Assembly: GCA_051362555.1 (NCBI GenBank)
Contig: CM120643.1
Span: 24,184,848 to 24,248,847, forward strand
Direction: 5' to 3'
Length of the DNA: 64,000 bases
Source: Lingula anatina
Lineage: Eukaryota > Animalia > Brachiopoda
The notes under the pieces are model-generated. The model saw only the letters and a list, made by a program, of their open reading frames with translations, did no database searches and was not told where the DNA came from. This document shows positions 15,301 to 29,337 of the stretch, piece after piece. The position numbers and the translations under genes were made by a program. Numbering within the stretch: the stretch's first letter is position 1; every line of letters begins with the position of its first letter.

Positions 15301-17479
15301 TTTTTGTATTTTTTCTCAGATTTCTTTGTATTTTTACAATAATGGGCACGTGCAGAAACCATTCGTTCATTCCGATTTTTATAATTACCATGAATATCTA
15401 TAAGTAGGCCTACATGTATATTATATTTATAATACATGAATACACTAATACTAGTGGCATGCGAACCATGGGTAAAATTGATTGACACGGGCGGTCATGG
15501 GCATGGGCGGATTGAGTGCGGCTTCTGGGTCTTCCGGAAGACGGTGAAACTTTTCAAGTTTACATTGATGGGTATATAATTTTTTATTTTTTCTGACGGA
15601 AGACGATCAAAAATTGAGGATAGATCAACAAAGTAATTTTGAAGGCTGTCAAAAAATATCTCTGGATCCGCCCTTGATGGACATGCATCACAAGCATGTC
15701 ACTAGAGACGCGACAGCCTCGTGGTATGTCGATGCCAAAGTGAAATGTCGTGGAAGTTATATTTTTTAATTACACAAACGTCATAAATCATATTAAGTTT
15801 TACGTTCGATATGTAGGCCTAGTTCACAAAAACGAGAATAGGGCCTACCATATAAGCCAGTAGGCCCTTATGAGTGCCACTGACGATCACGGCTGAATGA
15901 CTTAATGCTATAATAGACGGTTGATAGCCCCGCTTCACGTCACTGAGGATGGCACCTCGAGATGGAAACACACTGCCACATGTTTTAAAGAATGTCGTTG
16001 CGAAGTCGTATAAGTGAAGGTGAGCAGGAAGCGATATGAAGACAATGAAGTGATCAGTTGCCACAAAGTGATGTAGTTTGCTGCGAAAGACAAGCGTCTC
16101 ATCCACGTGAGACAGGTCAACGCTCTTTTTGTCATAGGTTTATTTATAGCACTATATAATGTGAGGTTATACTTAATTTAACTGTTTCGACATAATCTTA
16201 AAAGAATGCGATCATGCGTCACCGCCCAAAGATGTCACTAATGTAGCAAGACAAGACACACTGTTATTTCGGAACACGAAGAATTTGTTTACTGTTTTCT
16301 TGAGTAAAATGCTTCACCCATAAAGGGCAAATACTTCATTTTGCCTTACAGCTCCTTATCCTATAATTAACAAAAGAAGAAAATATACATCAGGCACGTG
16401 TTTTTACTACATGTGTATTTTGTTGTTGTTGCTGTTATGGAAAAAGTCAAATGATAAATACCGATTCCCAGGAGGAGTCATTACGAGGTCTAAAAAACTT
16501 CCGAGACTCGGGCAAATGTCTGCGGTCACGTGACGTATAATTAGGAAGTCACAGCGTCCCTGAGCGACGTCCTGATGTGGACAGGAGTATAGTGGGTTGA
16601 AGTGATACCGCGTCCCTTGTTATGAATAAAAGGAAAGAGGACGTAGAACAGCGTCATCTGCACTGCTCATGTATAAATTTACCCGGTAGAACACGGCCTC
16701 TGCAACGGATCTCTTTAGTACCGTTCCTTCTATTTTTGGGATATGATGCAATTTTTTATAGGCCATGTACCGCTCCTCGCTAGAGACCAGTGCTGGCAGG
16801 CGTCGCAGTTATTGTAAGGTTTTGCTTCAGTTCATACAGCAATGTAATTTCAGTGTAATTTCATACTCTGCACAGTTAACGAAGGAACATAAAATGTCCA
16901 TTTTTTCAGTGAGACTGTATCAGAGACGCTGAAACTTTTATATGTCCTCTTCATTTTCGGGTATGGCACAGACATTTAAATACATGTGTGTATTGTCTTA
17001 AAATGAGAGAGGTGGTTTGTCCAGGGCTCAGAAGATAGTATTTTTATCCCCAAAAGACACTATTTTTACCGTGCGATGAAGTCCAATATAAATAAATGTG
17101 AATCTAATGGAGATGAATTCTTTACACCGGGCTTATATCTGAGCATTTATCATTTCAATGGGCATTGGGTTTGGGAAGTGTTCTTAATGTAAATGTACAT
17201 GCAGCGTTTGTGCCATTTATCATACCTTATATACAGAAGCTTTCGTATTTTTTACAAACATTTTTCGCGAGCATTTGAAGAACGATTCGCCAATATTAGT
17301 CTGAAAAGGCTCTTTGTACCCGCTGTATAAAAAACAACGTTGTCAAGACAATCACAACAGACCAAATCAAAGCAGAGAAGCGGTCTTTAAGATTCATTGT
17401 AAAACTCAACTTAGTTGGTTAAATATTCTACGCATGTTAAGACCGATTTTTGACTTATGCCAGTTTATTCTTTTTCACG

Positions 17480-17510
<31 letters not shown>

Positions 17511-18510
17511 ATCTGCGTTAATGGTGAATCATCAAAGCCAAGGCAAGAGCCTATTCATTATTCACTCCGAGTGTCAGAGGAATATGCTGTGCACACTCGA
17601 TCATGCTAGATGGTGTTATTAGCCATTCCTGATCTTGTTTTACAAATAAGGAAAAGAAGTTGCCCTGAAACTCAGGGGGATTCAATCAGCGGGGAAGCTG
17701 CACAGTGGGAAGAAGGAAAGAAACCACAGTTATTCCGGTCACTCCTTGTATTGTTTTTAGTTTGTTTGTTTTTGTTCGTCATTTTTTAAAATCTCCTTGG
17801 TACATAGAAAGTACAGAGGAGTAGCTAATACCATCACATTACATCTCAGTTGGCCACATGCGGTAACAACAAGGAGAAGTAAAATTACTTTTGCTTCTCC
17901 GCTGATTTTGTCATCACTTTTTCCATTTGCCACACAGTCAGACGTGTGGAGCAAATTTCAAGCCGATTAGTGGGGGATGTATCTACCAGAATACCTTGTC
18001 ACATTATTCGACCCTTTATGTCTACTCACTTTGTCATTCTGCTCCATAACCCCGATGGTGAGCATTTCTCTTATTGCCTATTTTGGGATAATCGCTTAAA
18101 TTAGCCAAACTCAGACCAAAAGAGGAGACTCGCCAGGAAGGTCCTTCTTTTTTGCAAGTAGATTGTCTGAACATCAGTATGTACATTTAGATTATCGCTA
18201 GAAATGTCGAAATCTGCGGTGAAGGAAGCCGCACACGACAATCATCGCAAACGCAGCGCCATTGGTGCGTTGGTACATCACAGAAACCTTGTAATGTTTT
18301 GCTTGTGTTTCTTTTTTTAAACAAGATAATGTACACGTGTTGTTTTGTACGATTTATGTTTACATTTTCCCCGCCTGGAAAAAAATAACGGTTTCGCAAG
18401 AACTACGAAGATAAAAACAGGGAGTGTCAAGGGAGAAGGCTGCACCATATGCACTGTTGGTATGCAGTTACATAGCAGAGCGGCCATTTGTGTATGTCAT
18501 GTTTATAGCG

Positions 18511-18552
<42 letters not shown>

Positions 18553-21500
18553 CACACACTATTCAAGGCCAAAAGAGAAAAGAGAAAATATGTCAACACC
18601 TTCGTCTATCAAATACACATAATGTAGACATCCATCTAGCTAATACAAGGAAGTGCGGCTATTAATCGTCTTTTAATTCACAGCAAGTGTTGTGACATCC
18701 CGTGCAGTAACAGCATGTTTTTCCGGGCATTATTGTTCATAAAACCAATGCCTGCTACTTGAAGACCATCACAGGTAAGACTGACAGAAAACACAGCTCT
18801 GTTTGCAGTCGGCACGCTGCGCCAAATTGCAAGCATTGCAAACGAGTCTCATCTTGTCGCACCGAGTTCCCCGCCGCGCTCTGACATGGATAATGTAGGT
18901 ATTGCTGAACTGAATGGGAAATGCACTATTCCTGTTCACGTGCTGCGAAATTCCCCATAATTTTTTTAATCCATAACAACGAAATCTCTACCAGTCACTG
19001 TAATATGACCAGGAATCATGGATACAAAAGAAAATGTGAGGAGAAAAACATCATTACTCTCTATTGGTTCATTGCAAACATTATGGTGACTTGTTAAAAC
19101 GTATTACCGAAATCAGTATCAGGCACCACACTTTAATAATCTTTTGGTAGCATGATCGAATTCAAATCAAATTTTTGATATATCTTGTACCATGGCACTA
19201 TTGTAATAAAATGGGAAAGAAATACACGCCGGTAACTGAATATCACACGCTATTTTCTTTCTGTGCGTGCAAACGGTTTTCGTGCATGGGAGGTTTTTAA
19301 TATCTCTACAAAGAAAATTAATGTCTAATATAACCATCATATTTTGTTGATGATAAAAACCATGTATAACATATACATGTCATCAAATTTCATGATAATG
19401 GAGTCCTTCAACACTAATAACTTATTTTGGCATAAAAACATGCCATAGAACACTAATAACTTCGGTGTTGATTTAATTTCCTTGTGGTGGAAAGAATGCT
19501 GGTCTTATTAAGCTGATATACGATACGATGGCTAAGGAATATGTGCTTCGTCAGGTAGCTAGTACAGTTCAGTTAAGAGTTGGGCCTCAGGTTACTCCGT
19601 CATAAGACACACACACACACAAACACACACAAGAACCCGCCATATTTTCCCCTTCGACTCAATCGAGAATGCCTTTAGATCGTAAATTACTTTTTTGTTC
19701 AACCTTATTACATTTTGCCAACAGAGGGGAATTTTCACCGCATGTTCCCAACATCCAGTCCTTCGTTTGTTTCCGTTGTTATCTTAGACATGAAATTACA
19801 TTCGATGGATTTGCTACATTGATTACTTTTACTTCGAGAAGAATTTATTCCTACAGTTGATGATGGGGATTTTAAAATTACGTTTCATTCTTAAGCCCCC
19901 TTTTTCCACGAGCCATCTAGGTTTTCATGGTAAACAGGTGGGTGTATATTTTCCAGAATCTAATTCACTTTAATTTTAATCCTAAATTGCTTATCATTAG
20001 GTGCAGATTCCGAAAGTCAGTTGAAATGTAAATGTTCCTACACTTGGGTTGAACTAGCGAAAACATGGGTTAAATTTTACGACATATAGTAATCGAAACA
20101 CAGGCCTTGAAAACCAGTTTATACCCAGTCCCATTAGCTAAGAGACAACCATCGATGGGGGACTGTTCCGTTTTAAAGTGTCCGTAGGCTATATCATTAA
20201 TTATTGATATGGCAAGGCTCATACAGTATTAGTCGGTGAGCATCACGTATTAACCTTGTTTTCATGGTTATACACAGGCACCATCAATAATGATCTAAAA
20301 TTAATGGCTTAATATCTAAAACTGAAAAAGATACCATTACTCGATGCCTATGCTGGAACCTTAGTGACAAGGTGTCATTTAACGTTATCTCACCAATGAC
20401 TGCTTATCAGGGGAAACTGTCCCGCTACCAGTGCCACAGATTGATTTTCCGGTAGATATTCACAAATATGTCTCTGGTTATTTCATGACCCTTTTCTCTA
20501 TTCACATTAGAGAAAAGTGCAGATAATTAATCTGCGGCCCTGGTTGAGGGTAGAGGAAACCTACCGCGGCTATGTGACTATGCCATGCATTCAGACGAGG
20601 ATTAAGCCTGAAACGCGCTGTTAAGACGGTCAAATGGGAGAGAGACCAGTTGTTTTTTAAATACCTTGACCGTTGGCTGACGCACTTACTATTTCTACCC
20701 ATCTATCTTTATTCAGTTTGTTGACGTTGTTTGATAAAATGCATGCGAGTGGAATATCCTTTTCTTTATCAACAATGTTAAGAAGGCGTGCTTTTCTTTT
20801 TCAAACGTCACATACGTGTCACATACGTGATGCGTAGAACTCGGCTACGTCTCTATATACTTTAACCGCAATCGAAGCCCTGCTTGATTTCAACATATGA
20901 AAATATACGTGACCAAAGATGAAAACATTTCTCCTCTACATGGCTTCTGAAATGTCGAGGACCGGACAAACCCCTCTGTAATTGAAAAAAAAACGATGTA
21001 TCTCTGACATTTTCCTGTGCTGTAGTCAAGTTCCCACTGGAATACAACGTACGTTAGGCACCAAACCGCGCGACACCACCCTAAGTTTCAGAAAGTAATA
21101 GTATCTTCGTCCCACGTGTCTCTCTCGGTGGAAATAACATGGAGAGTTGGTGCCAGAGCTCAGAAACTCCGGGTGGCTGGTCCAGGAACCGTTCCAGATG
21201 GAACATGATTTGATTAAGCACACCGGTAGCACAGGGAAAACAAGCAACTGTGATAGACAGCACCAGGTTAGACGAAATCAAATTTGTCCGCAGGGACGAG
21301 CACTGACATTTTCTTACAAATGGTTCCAACCCCTTTTTTGAGTGCAAAACGTCAAATGAAAAGATTGCCGTTATGGCAGACAGTATCGGTTATGTAAATA
21401 AAACGATAGAACTGTCAAAGATGAGAAACACTATCAGAAACATATCGAACACTTGTGAGAGGCCGTAGTCAAAGAAAAAGTACAAATGGCTTCGAAATCT

Positions 21501-24494
21501 GCTTGCTACCAAATAACACGTCGATTATGCTTGTTTTATCTTTGTTATCCTAAACTGTTTGTTAAGCAAACCATATAATCCAATTTGCCAAAAAACTCTA
21601 ATTCACATTGCATTTTGAATAAGGACAATGAAGAAAGAGACAAATAAACATGTCAGTTCTGAACATAGGTCCGTGTAATCATTGCCAAACAACACCGGGT
21701 AGACTACGGACAAAAGTAACAGTTTCAAATTATCATCTTTCCATCAATACTCAGAGCAAAACAAATATTGTTTCAGAACTGATCGAAATACATTTTAAAA
21801 CTTTGACATAATTTCCGTCAAGCTCTACGGGACAAATATTCGACTATAATCTGGCAGCAAATCGCAAGGGACGCGTCTTTAATAATTCAGTTGATTGAAA
21901 TAACAACACCATTTGCATCACCCTCGAAAAGAATTGATTTCTCATCGAGAGACCGATGCAGATCGACGGGATATTTAAAGTGCCGTCACAGAGAAAAACA
22001 GATTCGGTTCCAAGTGTTCCTTTTGACGTCACGAGTGATTTTTGGACTTACTCCAGAAATAGTTGCTTTGATTGCATTTAACTCAATGCATGCGTCATGC
22101 CAGGGTGTCCATAGTATACTCCAACCGACCACTAGTTTATCATATCCCAAGAGGATATCTATTACCTTGATTGTCCTAACATCTTTACTCAATAAATGTG
22201 TGTAGGGGGAAAGGAAGTCGGCCAATCTTGGTCTCTGGCGGCTCATCTCGGTGGATTGCTGAAAGGACGAATACAAACCACCGGACAGTGGCCAGGGGCC
22301 TTGGGTGAGGGAGAGGGGATTTAGCGGCCGTTGAAGGCCAACGTTATACCGGTACATGTAAGGAAATTTTTACGTAGCGCCCGTGGCACTCATGTAGATG
22401 TTGACTGTTGGAAAAGTACGATGCTTCAGATGGAGAGAGAGACCGACAAAAAGAGAGAGATGTGAAATTAAATGCGTCACTTTAAATGTACATGACGAAG
22501 CATTCGATTCCGTTAATTTTGACGAAGGGGTTTTGTCTGTCATCTGCGATCTTACAAGAAGCTTGTTCTTCTTTGAAAAACAGGAAAAGAAATGATATTA
22601 CGTCACCGGAATTTAGCCAGATTATAGGATTTGGCGGTAATGATATGCAGATAGAGATGGGGTCAACATTGGGTCACTTCAAATTGGGATGGGATTTGGG
22701 ACATCCGACTGATGACCAATGCAAATTAATTCAGCAGGTTAACTTGAATACTTGTCAGCCCATTTACGATTCGGTGTTCCCGGGTTTAATGTAATAGTAC
22801 ATGTGCGTTTAAACTTTGGTTTTGAGACTAACCTAAAACTGGCTCTGTCAGACAGCTGACGCCGCTAAAGCCCCCTTTACACTGGACGGCGTCCTTTCTG
22901 CGTCCAGCAGTACGGCCCCATTTGAGAGTTAAAAAATTATAATGCTTTACGTCCCGACAACTGGCCGATCATTGAGCATTCATTCTGATACAAAATTAAT
23001 GCTCGTGCCTCCTTATTAAGACCACAGCGATGCCAAATTTCATGGTCGCAGAAAGGACGCCGTCCAGTGTAAAGGGGGTATAACCCAACCTAACGATAAT
23101 ACTTGTTCAGTGTTTGATAGTTTTAAGAATGACAAATACTTAACAAAATTAGTTATCACCACTGATTTTGTAGACTTTTATCATACTGTCTTTGGGATTA
23201 GACATAGACTTAGTCGGCTTAGACTCAGATTTAGTCGGTCAAGATTCTTAGCAGCCTGCTTTTCTATGTAGGATTCCTTGAAAAGTCCCTCCTGCACAAA
23301 TTCATAGCTATAACCATGACATCATCCATCCTTTACGCTGGGTTGTTTTTGCACATAGACAATTAATATCTGTCAGACTATGTCAACAATTAATCATCCC
23401 TATTGCACGGTCCATTTAATTCATCTATTATAAAAAGAAAACCAATTAATTATTCGAGTAAAGAGAACCTGACGCTCCTGTTCTGCGTGTACCGTTTCGA
23501 AGAACAAACGGTCATATATGTTTGTTACATAACATAGCGGGGACACATTATTCAATGCGGCCTCTGGTTAATTTAAACAAATGGCGTATCGACCTCCTTG
23601 ACTTTCCAGCTATGGACACAGTTTTCATAGTATAATATAATATCATTTTTGGAAAATAGGTGGATAAGGGGTTGCGTTAGCCTATACGTATTTCATATGC
23701 TTTTATTTCCAGTGACATAATCATAACCATAAATCCGCGTTATATACCACTGTCATTCTACTAAAATGTATTCTGAATTGGGCTACTAGTGTAGTGAATA
23801 AAACAACGTCAGCTCACTGTCCACGTGAATATAAACGTGCTGGCAGCAATGTGTTGTGATATTACGTGACACAGTTTTTCTTGGTATAAATCTGTTTTGT
23901 CCTGTGGGTCGAACACTCGTTGTCAGTTCTGTAGTGAGAGGAAATCTCATGGTCATATATCGCCGGAGACGTGATAAACGCTTGCAAATAGGCCTCGTGT
24001 GATTACGAATGGCATTTTAATTCCATCATTACCCATTACTGCGGCAGTTAACACAAACACAAAAATCGCAGTTTGTAAATGGGTCTTTGCAGATGAGTCA
24101 ACCTGGATAATGTTATAATTTTATCTCTGTTATTCCCCATTATCGCGATATTTTGAGATAAAACGAAAAGCAGATATTACAATTGAGTAGTTCTGTATAG
24201 GCCTATACCGATGGACCCGGTTTCGCAAGTCGACAAGTGCTCTCGATCAGTCATTAATCCCACGGTTTTCTAATTAAGACAAAACCTCATGGATGTATTA
24301 TTCCGTGGAATCACGGGCCGCATTTGCGTGACGCGTTGAATTTGCAACACTTGTGCTTATGCATGTTTTCCATCTTTACCGAACAGAATGTTTGACAGAT
24401 CTCTCGATGCCTCGCGGGAATTATGTTTCCCGGTAATGGCCACGGCGTTAATGGTCAAAAACTGAAAAATACACGGGGGACGAGGGCTGGTATG

Positions 24495-24544
<50 letters not shown>

Positions 24545-25539
24545 CTCGCGGTTACCTTGTCTGAGTTGCCTAAGAAACAACTTTTAAGTGATAAACTTCT
24601 TATATTGAGAACTAGTTTTTTTAGGATGTGCATATTAATTGTGGTGCTTAATTCCAGCGCAACATGGTGGATTTCCAACAGGATTCCCAACCTGTGCCTT
24701 TCAATACGTTTCACGCAGTCTGTGAAGTGTTTTATGAATGAAAAAAAAAACAAAAATTCCAGAATCTACCCATACTCATTAGACATAACACACTTCACTA
24801 CATACAGTAACTTTGAACCTAAGCTTTTTTTTTGCGTTGCCTTTTCAAACAGTGCACAACGCTTAACCAGAATGCAACATTTGTCAAAAAATGATAATAA
24901 TATCAATAATGTACTTACAAAACGAAAAGGAAAATACTTACATTCGTCCGTGTCAAAAGTTTCCACAAAGTCTAACGTCTTGAACTGTTGGACCAGGGCT
25001 TTTTTCCCCACCGTCTCGTGGCCTAGCATCATCACCCTGTAGATTCGCCCCACGTCGCTACAGGCATCCTCACTGTAATGACTGCTCCCGCCAGACATCA
25101 CACTGTTGGAGCGCAGACGATATCCCTCTCGGTCCCCCGTGAAATAGTCCCCTAACTCCGCGCTCCCCGTCGACGACATACTCTGATTGCTTCGCGATAT
25201 AATTCTGAAAGTGTCCGCCTTCTTGAGCAGTCCCTTGGGGGAGGTGCTGAATTCTCGAACGGGAATCAACTCCGTGTCGCCGTGCTGAAGGAGTCTGGTC
25301 ACCGAGTTTGGAAGACTTCGATACACTGTGGCTGGGATGCTGTCGCTGCGAGGTCTCCCTCGGCAGGTTGAGGAGACCGAGACTCGTTTGTCTTGGATGG
25401 TGACGTGATTGCCGTGCCTGTTGAGTCCGCACGGGGAGCTGGCCCGAGAGCCCTTGCAGTACGACCAACTGGCCGAACGCGGACGTATTTCGTCCAAACT
25501 GGCGGGTATCTCAAGCAAATGTGTCTCCGTGTCAGCCAT
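9092..25539 (-). CDS. RGK-family (Rad/Gem/Rem-like) small GTP-binding protein, 380 aa; exons complement(join(9092..9363,11789..11978,13582..13664,24942..25539))
   Basis: Four GT-AG exons join in frame (598+83+190+272=1143 nt; phases 1,0,1). Motifs: YRVMMLGHETVGKKALVQQF (G1), TSISVVLNGEEAELVFIN, ADAYVIVYAV, IILVGNKTDLARGRAVS (G4), KFIETSA (G5), DELLVGILTHIRLR, basic tail ending CEDFNLM (RGK C-7 Cys motif), long Ser/Arg-rich N-terminus. Exon 2 is missing from the ORF track. Confidence 0.9.
12198..12340. repeat. Compound (TG)n-(GA)n microsatellite
   Basis: Seen directly. Confidence 0.95.
12846..13094. mobile_element. Foldback MITE family A, copy 1
   Basis: GCATTCACAAC...GTTGTGAAT ends with long internal inverted arms; homologous to 28392, 42781 and 55737. 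Confidence 0.7.
13168..13359. mobile_element. Foldback MITE family B (related fragments at 806-916 and 1-121)
   Basis: AACTC..GGGGACTCTCGC.GAAATGCAATCAG.TTAAC..ATTAA.ACGCCTC.TC with inverted counterpart; the same arm recurs at 825-876. Confidence 0.6.
15502..15676. mobile_element. CAG-type MITE, same family as 54805-54928
   Basis: Shares ..GATCAACAAAG..AATTT.GAAG..TGTCA.AAAATATCTCTGGATCCG with the 54805 copy; flanks ATGGG/ATGGA. Confidence 0.65.
18516..18549. repeat. (GA)n microsatellite
   Basis: Seen directly. Confidence 0.9.
22869..23080. mobile_element. PIF/Harbinger-like MITE
   Basis: 32-bp perfect TIR CCCCCTTTACACTGGACGGCGTCCTTTCTGCG; flanked by TAA on both sides. Confidence 0.8.
24498..24540. 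repeat. Poly(A) run
   Basis: About 43 consecutive A. Confidence 0.9.
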
Positions 25540-28391
25540 GAGTCAGTAGGAGAGGGTTTGTGATATCTTTTAAACTACTTCTTTTCCAAAGATTTTTTGT
25601 TCTGTAAAATTGTTTTGCGCTGTTGAAGCGGTTTTCGATACTGTCTGGCAAAATATTCTTTTCTCTGCTCAAACAATGTTTGGCGCCAAAGTATTAAAAA
25701 TGAGCATAATGGTACACTTTTTCCTCTAAACCACACCAAAATATGCCCTACAATCTATCAAAACTGTTACAATACTAATTGGGCTAATTGCCTGTTACGA
25801 AATGTACAACTTACTAGTAGTCACCTAAAAGTGGCTAAATGAATCGTCTTGTCGATATTGCTTTAAACATGCACCGTTCTGACTCTTCGCATTCTCTTCT
25901 CCCGGATCAAATCCAATATCACCACAAGTAAATGATTGCCTGTGCATACATACTGCCGAGATGATGCCGTTATATTTACTGCCTATTCCTGCCTGAGAAA
26001 TCCAATAAATACTAACGCGCCGCTGTCAATCAACGCAAGTCTCAACTTATCAGAACACGAGTGGAGATAAAAATCGGCACTCGCTTCGTGGCGGTTTCTG
26101 GGAACAGCACTCTCGAATGTGTTCACCGTATTCCCAGCACCAACTGTGAGGTTTACTGAACTTAAATTTTTTAGTGTCTAAGTTCCGGGGAAGAGTTTAT
26201 CTAAGGTATGACCAAAGCAGTGTCTTTACCTTGAGAAAAAAAAAAGAAATTGTGTGAAAAAAAATACATTGTAGGAGGACAAGGACTTGTTATTCTTACG
26301 AGGACGACAGCCAGGTCAAACCACACAGACAGACATACAAATAGAGAAAAGGCGGGGGCTAACCATCAGTTTTCAAGACAAAACAAGAGAAACTGCCCTT
26401 ACCCTTATCTATACGAAGTAAAGGACTGAGGGGTACAACGTAGAGCCATAATTGCCTAATATTTGGGTTGGGCACCAAGCATTATTCCACCTCCGTTTCT
26501 AGAAATCGTGTGCGTTTGTAAAGGGTTTTACAGGTAGGCTACTCTATAATACTGCATGTCCACAATACTGGGCAACATCAATGGAACGTGGCATCACATT
26601 TTCAATAATTTTGTTAGCACGCTTTCCGCTCAGAAGATGAATCGTATTTTGCTAAATGTATCCATAAAAATTGCAAGATGTGACATTGAACACATATAGG
26701 ATTATCAGGGAAAAGTGCACTTAAATTCAGAGAGTTGACAAAGCAAGGTGCAATCCTGAATCGGCGGTTAAACAGCGATGTTATGAAATCGACTGTAGTG
26801 CTTTAAAAAGTGGGAACCGGATATAGCTTATTTAATTAGTCTCATTCGAAACAATACTATTCGGAGAGCTTTCTTTTCCATAATGTGCAGCTTCAAAACA
26901 GACCGGTATGTCCGTGTCTCCGATTTAATGCTGTTTGAATGTCATTTTCGGCTAAGAATTCAAAAAGTTTAGTAATGTTTGGAAACACAAAATTGTTTGT
27001 TATCATAAGACAAATCCATCCCCTTTCACATGAAACACTCCCCACTGTAATCCAACACATAGGAATATTTCGACAGACTTTCATATATGATAACCCATTG
27101 TTGTTACCCAGTGTCGTGGACGTGCAGATAAGTAGGCCTATACACAGTGACAACGTAACTCAACTTGTTAATGAGGCCCACTAGTCAGTTGGAGACGAAC
27201 TTGTTCCTGCTAGCCAGTGCCTAGACCTACGTGCATAAAGTTGAAGAAAGGCACGTCCTTGGCATTAGTTGATTTGTTGTAAAATAACCACGATGATTGT
27301 TTGTCTAGTTAAAGTGTCCGCGTCGAGACTGCGTGCTCAGTTGAACATTTCATGACGTAAATATGCTATTGTTGGGAAAATCCTAAAATTTCTGCCAAAA
27401 ATACAGAAAGTATTTGCAGTATCTAAATTCCGATGGGGAAAATCCGACTCATCTACATTCAAAGAATTAGCAGTAATTTAATTTTCCACTTTGGCAACCT
27501 ACAAAAACATTTTGCCGTAAACATTTATGTTAAGAGGACCATTTATATCTTACGCTCCAAAGATAGCTAATAATCGATTAACATATTTAAAGAAACCAAT
27601 TGATTACAAGAAGATACAAAAAGCACATAGAGTTTATTTTCAATACGAAATGTCCTGAAGGCTGTAAGTTTGATTAATGGGAGGTTTCCGGGTAGAACAA
27701 TACTTTCGTTTCACATATAGTACGGCAAAATAAATAAATAAATAAATAGATAAAACTGAAAGACTTGCCATCCTAAGCCTTCTATCCCTCAGCCGCGTGG
27801 CCAAACAGGTCTGATTAAGTTCTTTAATTACCTGTCTAACATTATTATATGCAAAGCTGTCCCTTCCACCACTCCCGCCGCACGTTGCAGCATGTCCGGT
27901 CTTTTTACTTTTTTACGTCAGTGTCAAATCAACAACATGCTCAAAATGGCAAAATGGAATTTTTTACGTTAAAAATCACGCAGCTTCAATATATTCACAG
28001 CTGTCACATGGAGTTTCATGTGTTTTACAGATAATACAGTCACCCACGACGATGAAATTAACCAGCTTTTAATGCGAACGTCTCAGGTTTCTTTTTCCAA
28101 TGCCAAAAAAAGATTTGCAATCAAAGTCACACAATATTGCCGCCTCTGTGGATCTTACAATTTAAGACGTTAAAAACCAAAACCCACACCGCGTCAAAAT
28201 AGTCAATAATAATTTAAACATCAATGGGGCTTCCCGTTCTGAGGTATTGTATTCAAACCTTGGCCACATTTAAAAGTTATTACTAATTTGAATACGCATA
28301 CATATAATACTGGCACCTTTCTATGACAACAACACGTTGAAAATACCCCCATAATAATTATCTATTTTATAAGAGTACGCAGAATGTACCT

Positions 28392-28598
28392 AGGCCGCAT
28401 TCACAACCAAAGATGATCTGCGGACTAACAGATCCGCAGATCAAATATGGCCGACCCACTTGAAAGCTTTTCGCGTAATTCCGGCGTGGAATCTATTTAG
28501 TGCCTTTTTGGGGATTATACGGCAAGCATTCAAGTGGGTCGGCAATATTTTGCCCGCATATTTGTTAGTCCGCGGATCAAATTGTTCTGAATGCGCCT
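28392..28598. mobile_element. Foldback MITE family A, copy 2
   Basis: GCATTCACAAC..CGGACTAACA..AATATGGCCGACCCACTTGAA and its inverted counterpart. Confidence 0.7.
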
Positions 28599-29076
28599 TT
28601 AAAGAACACGTCCTTGGTAATGATATCTATAGTGCATTATATAAATACATATCAATGCTCTTAATAATCGTGTCAAAATATAAGTAGTTTGTTTGTTAAC
28701 CAGGATGGCCTGACAGCTCATTTTCAATAAACATGTTTGCGTGTATGCCTATCCGTTTAAACCTACACCATTGGTCAAATAACATGAATCTGGGACACTT
28801 AAGGGCCGGGAGAAATTGTACGAGTAAGGCGTAGATTCAAGTACATTCTGGGCAATAATTATATTCATTTCAGTTTGATATTGAAATTTATCAGGAAAAG
28901 AACTGTTCCGGGAGATTTGTTCGAGGTTAACGATAATTTGGGTAACGTTATAAGGTGAAGATTTAAAAGGGGTCGTACAACATACATGTTTGATATGTGT
29001 GACATTCATGAAGGAAAGTGGGAGATTGTGTCCCCCTTTCAAAAAAAAAATGCGGAATGACGATTTTGATATTAGC

Positions 29077-29337
29077 CAGTGGCGGATTAAGAGGTTGGTC
29101 AGGAAGGTCCTGACCCCTCCCCCCCCCTCCCCATCGATTTCTGGTCCCCTCTTGAATTTGACTAGCTGAATTGTAGTTCTATACCGTGCCAAATCGCACG
29201 GTTCGCCCTCTAAAATGCCAAAAATTTTCCCCACGCCAAGTGTTGGAGGGGGGGGGGGGTGAGGGTCGGTTTAAGCATCCACAGCTCCCCTCCCCCCCCT
29301 CCCCCACCCACTTCAAATAATCCTAGACCCGCCCCTG
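29077..29337. mobile_element. CAG-type MITE with 5-bp TSD
   Basis: Ends CAGTGGCGGATT / AGACCCGCCCCTG; TTAGC duplicated at 29072-29076 and 29338-29342; internal poly-C/poly-G tracts. Confidence 0.75.

Noticed and set aside
20960-22600. GC-richer stretches with overlapping ORFs in RGK intron 1 as nested genes or alternative exons
   Set aside because: No recognisable protein motif or phase-compatible splice pair; RGK exons 1 and 2 already join in frame. A CRE (TGACGTCA, 22024) alone is weak evidence.
24766-24941. C-terminal part of the 257-aa ORF (CKYFPFRFVSTLL...)
   Set aside because: Read-through past the GTAAGT donor at 24941; RGK similarity continues in the exon at 13664.
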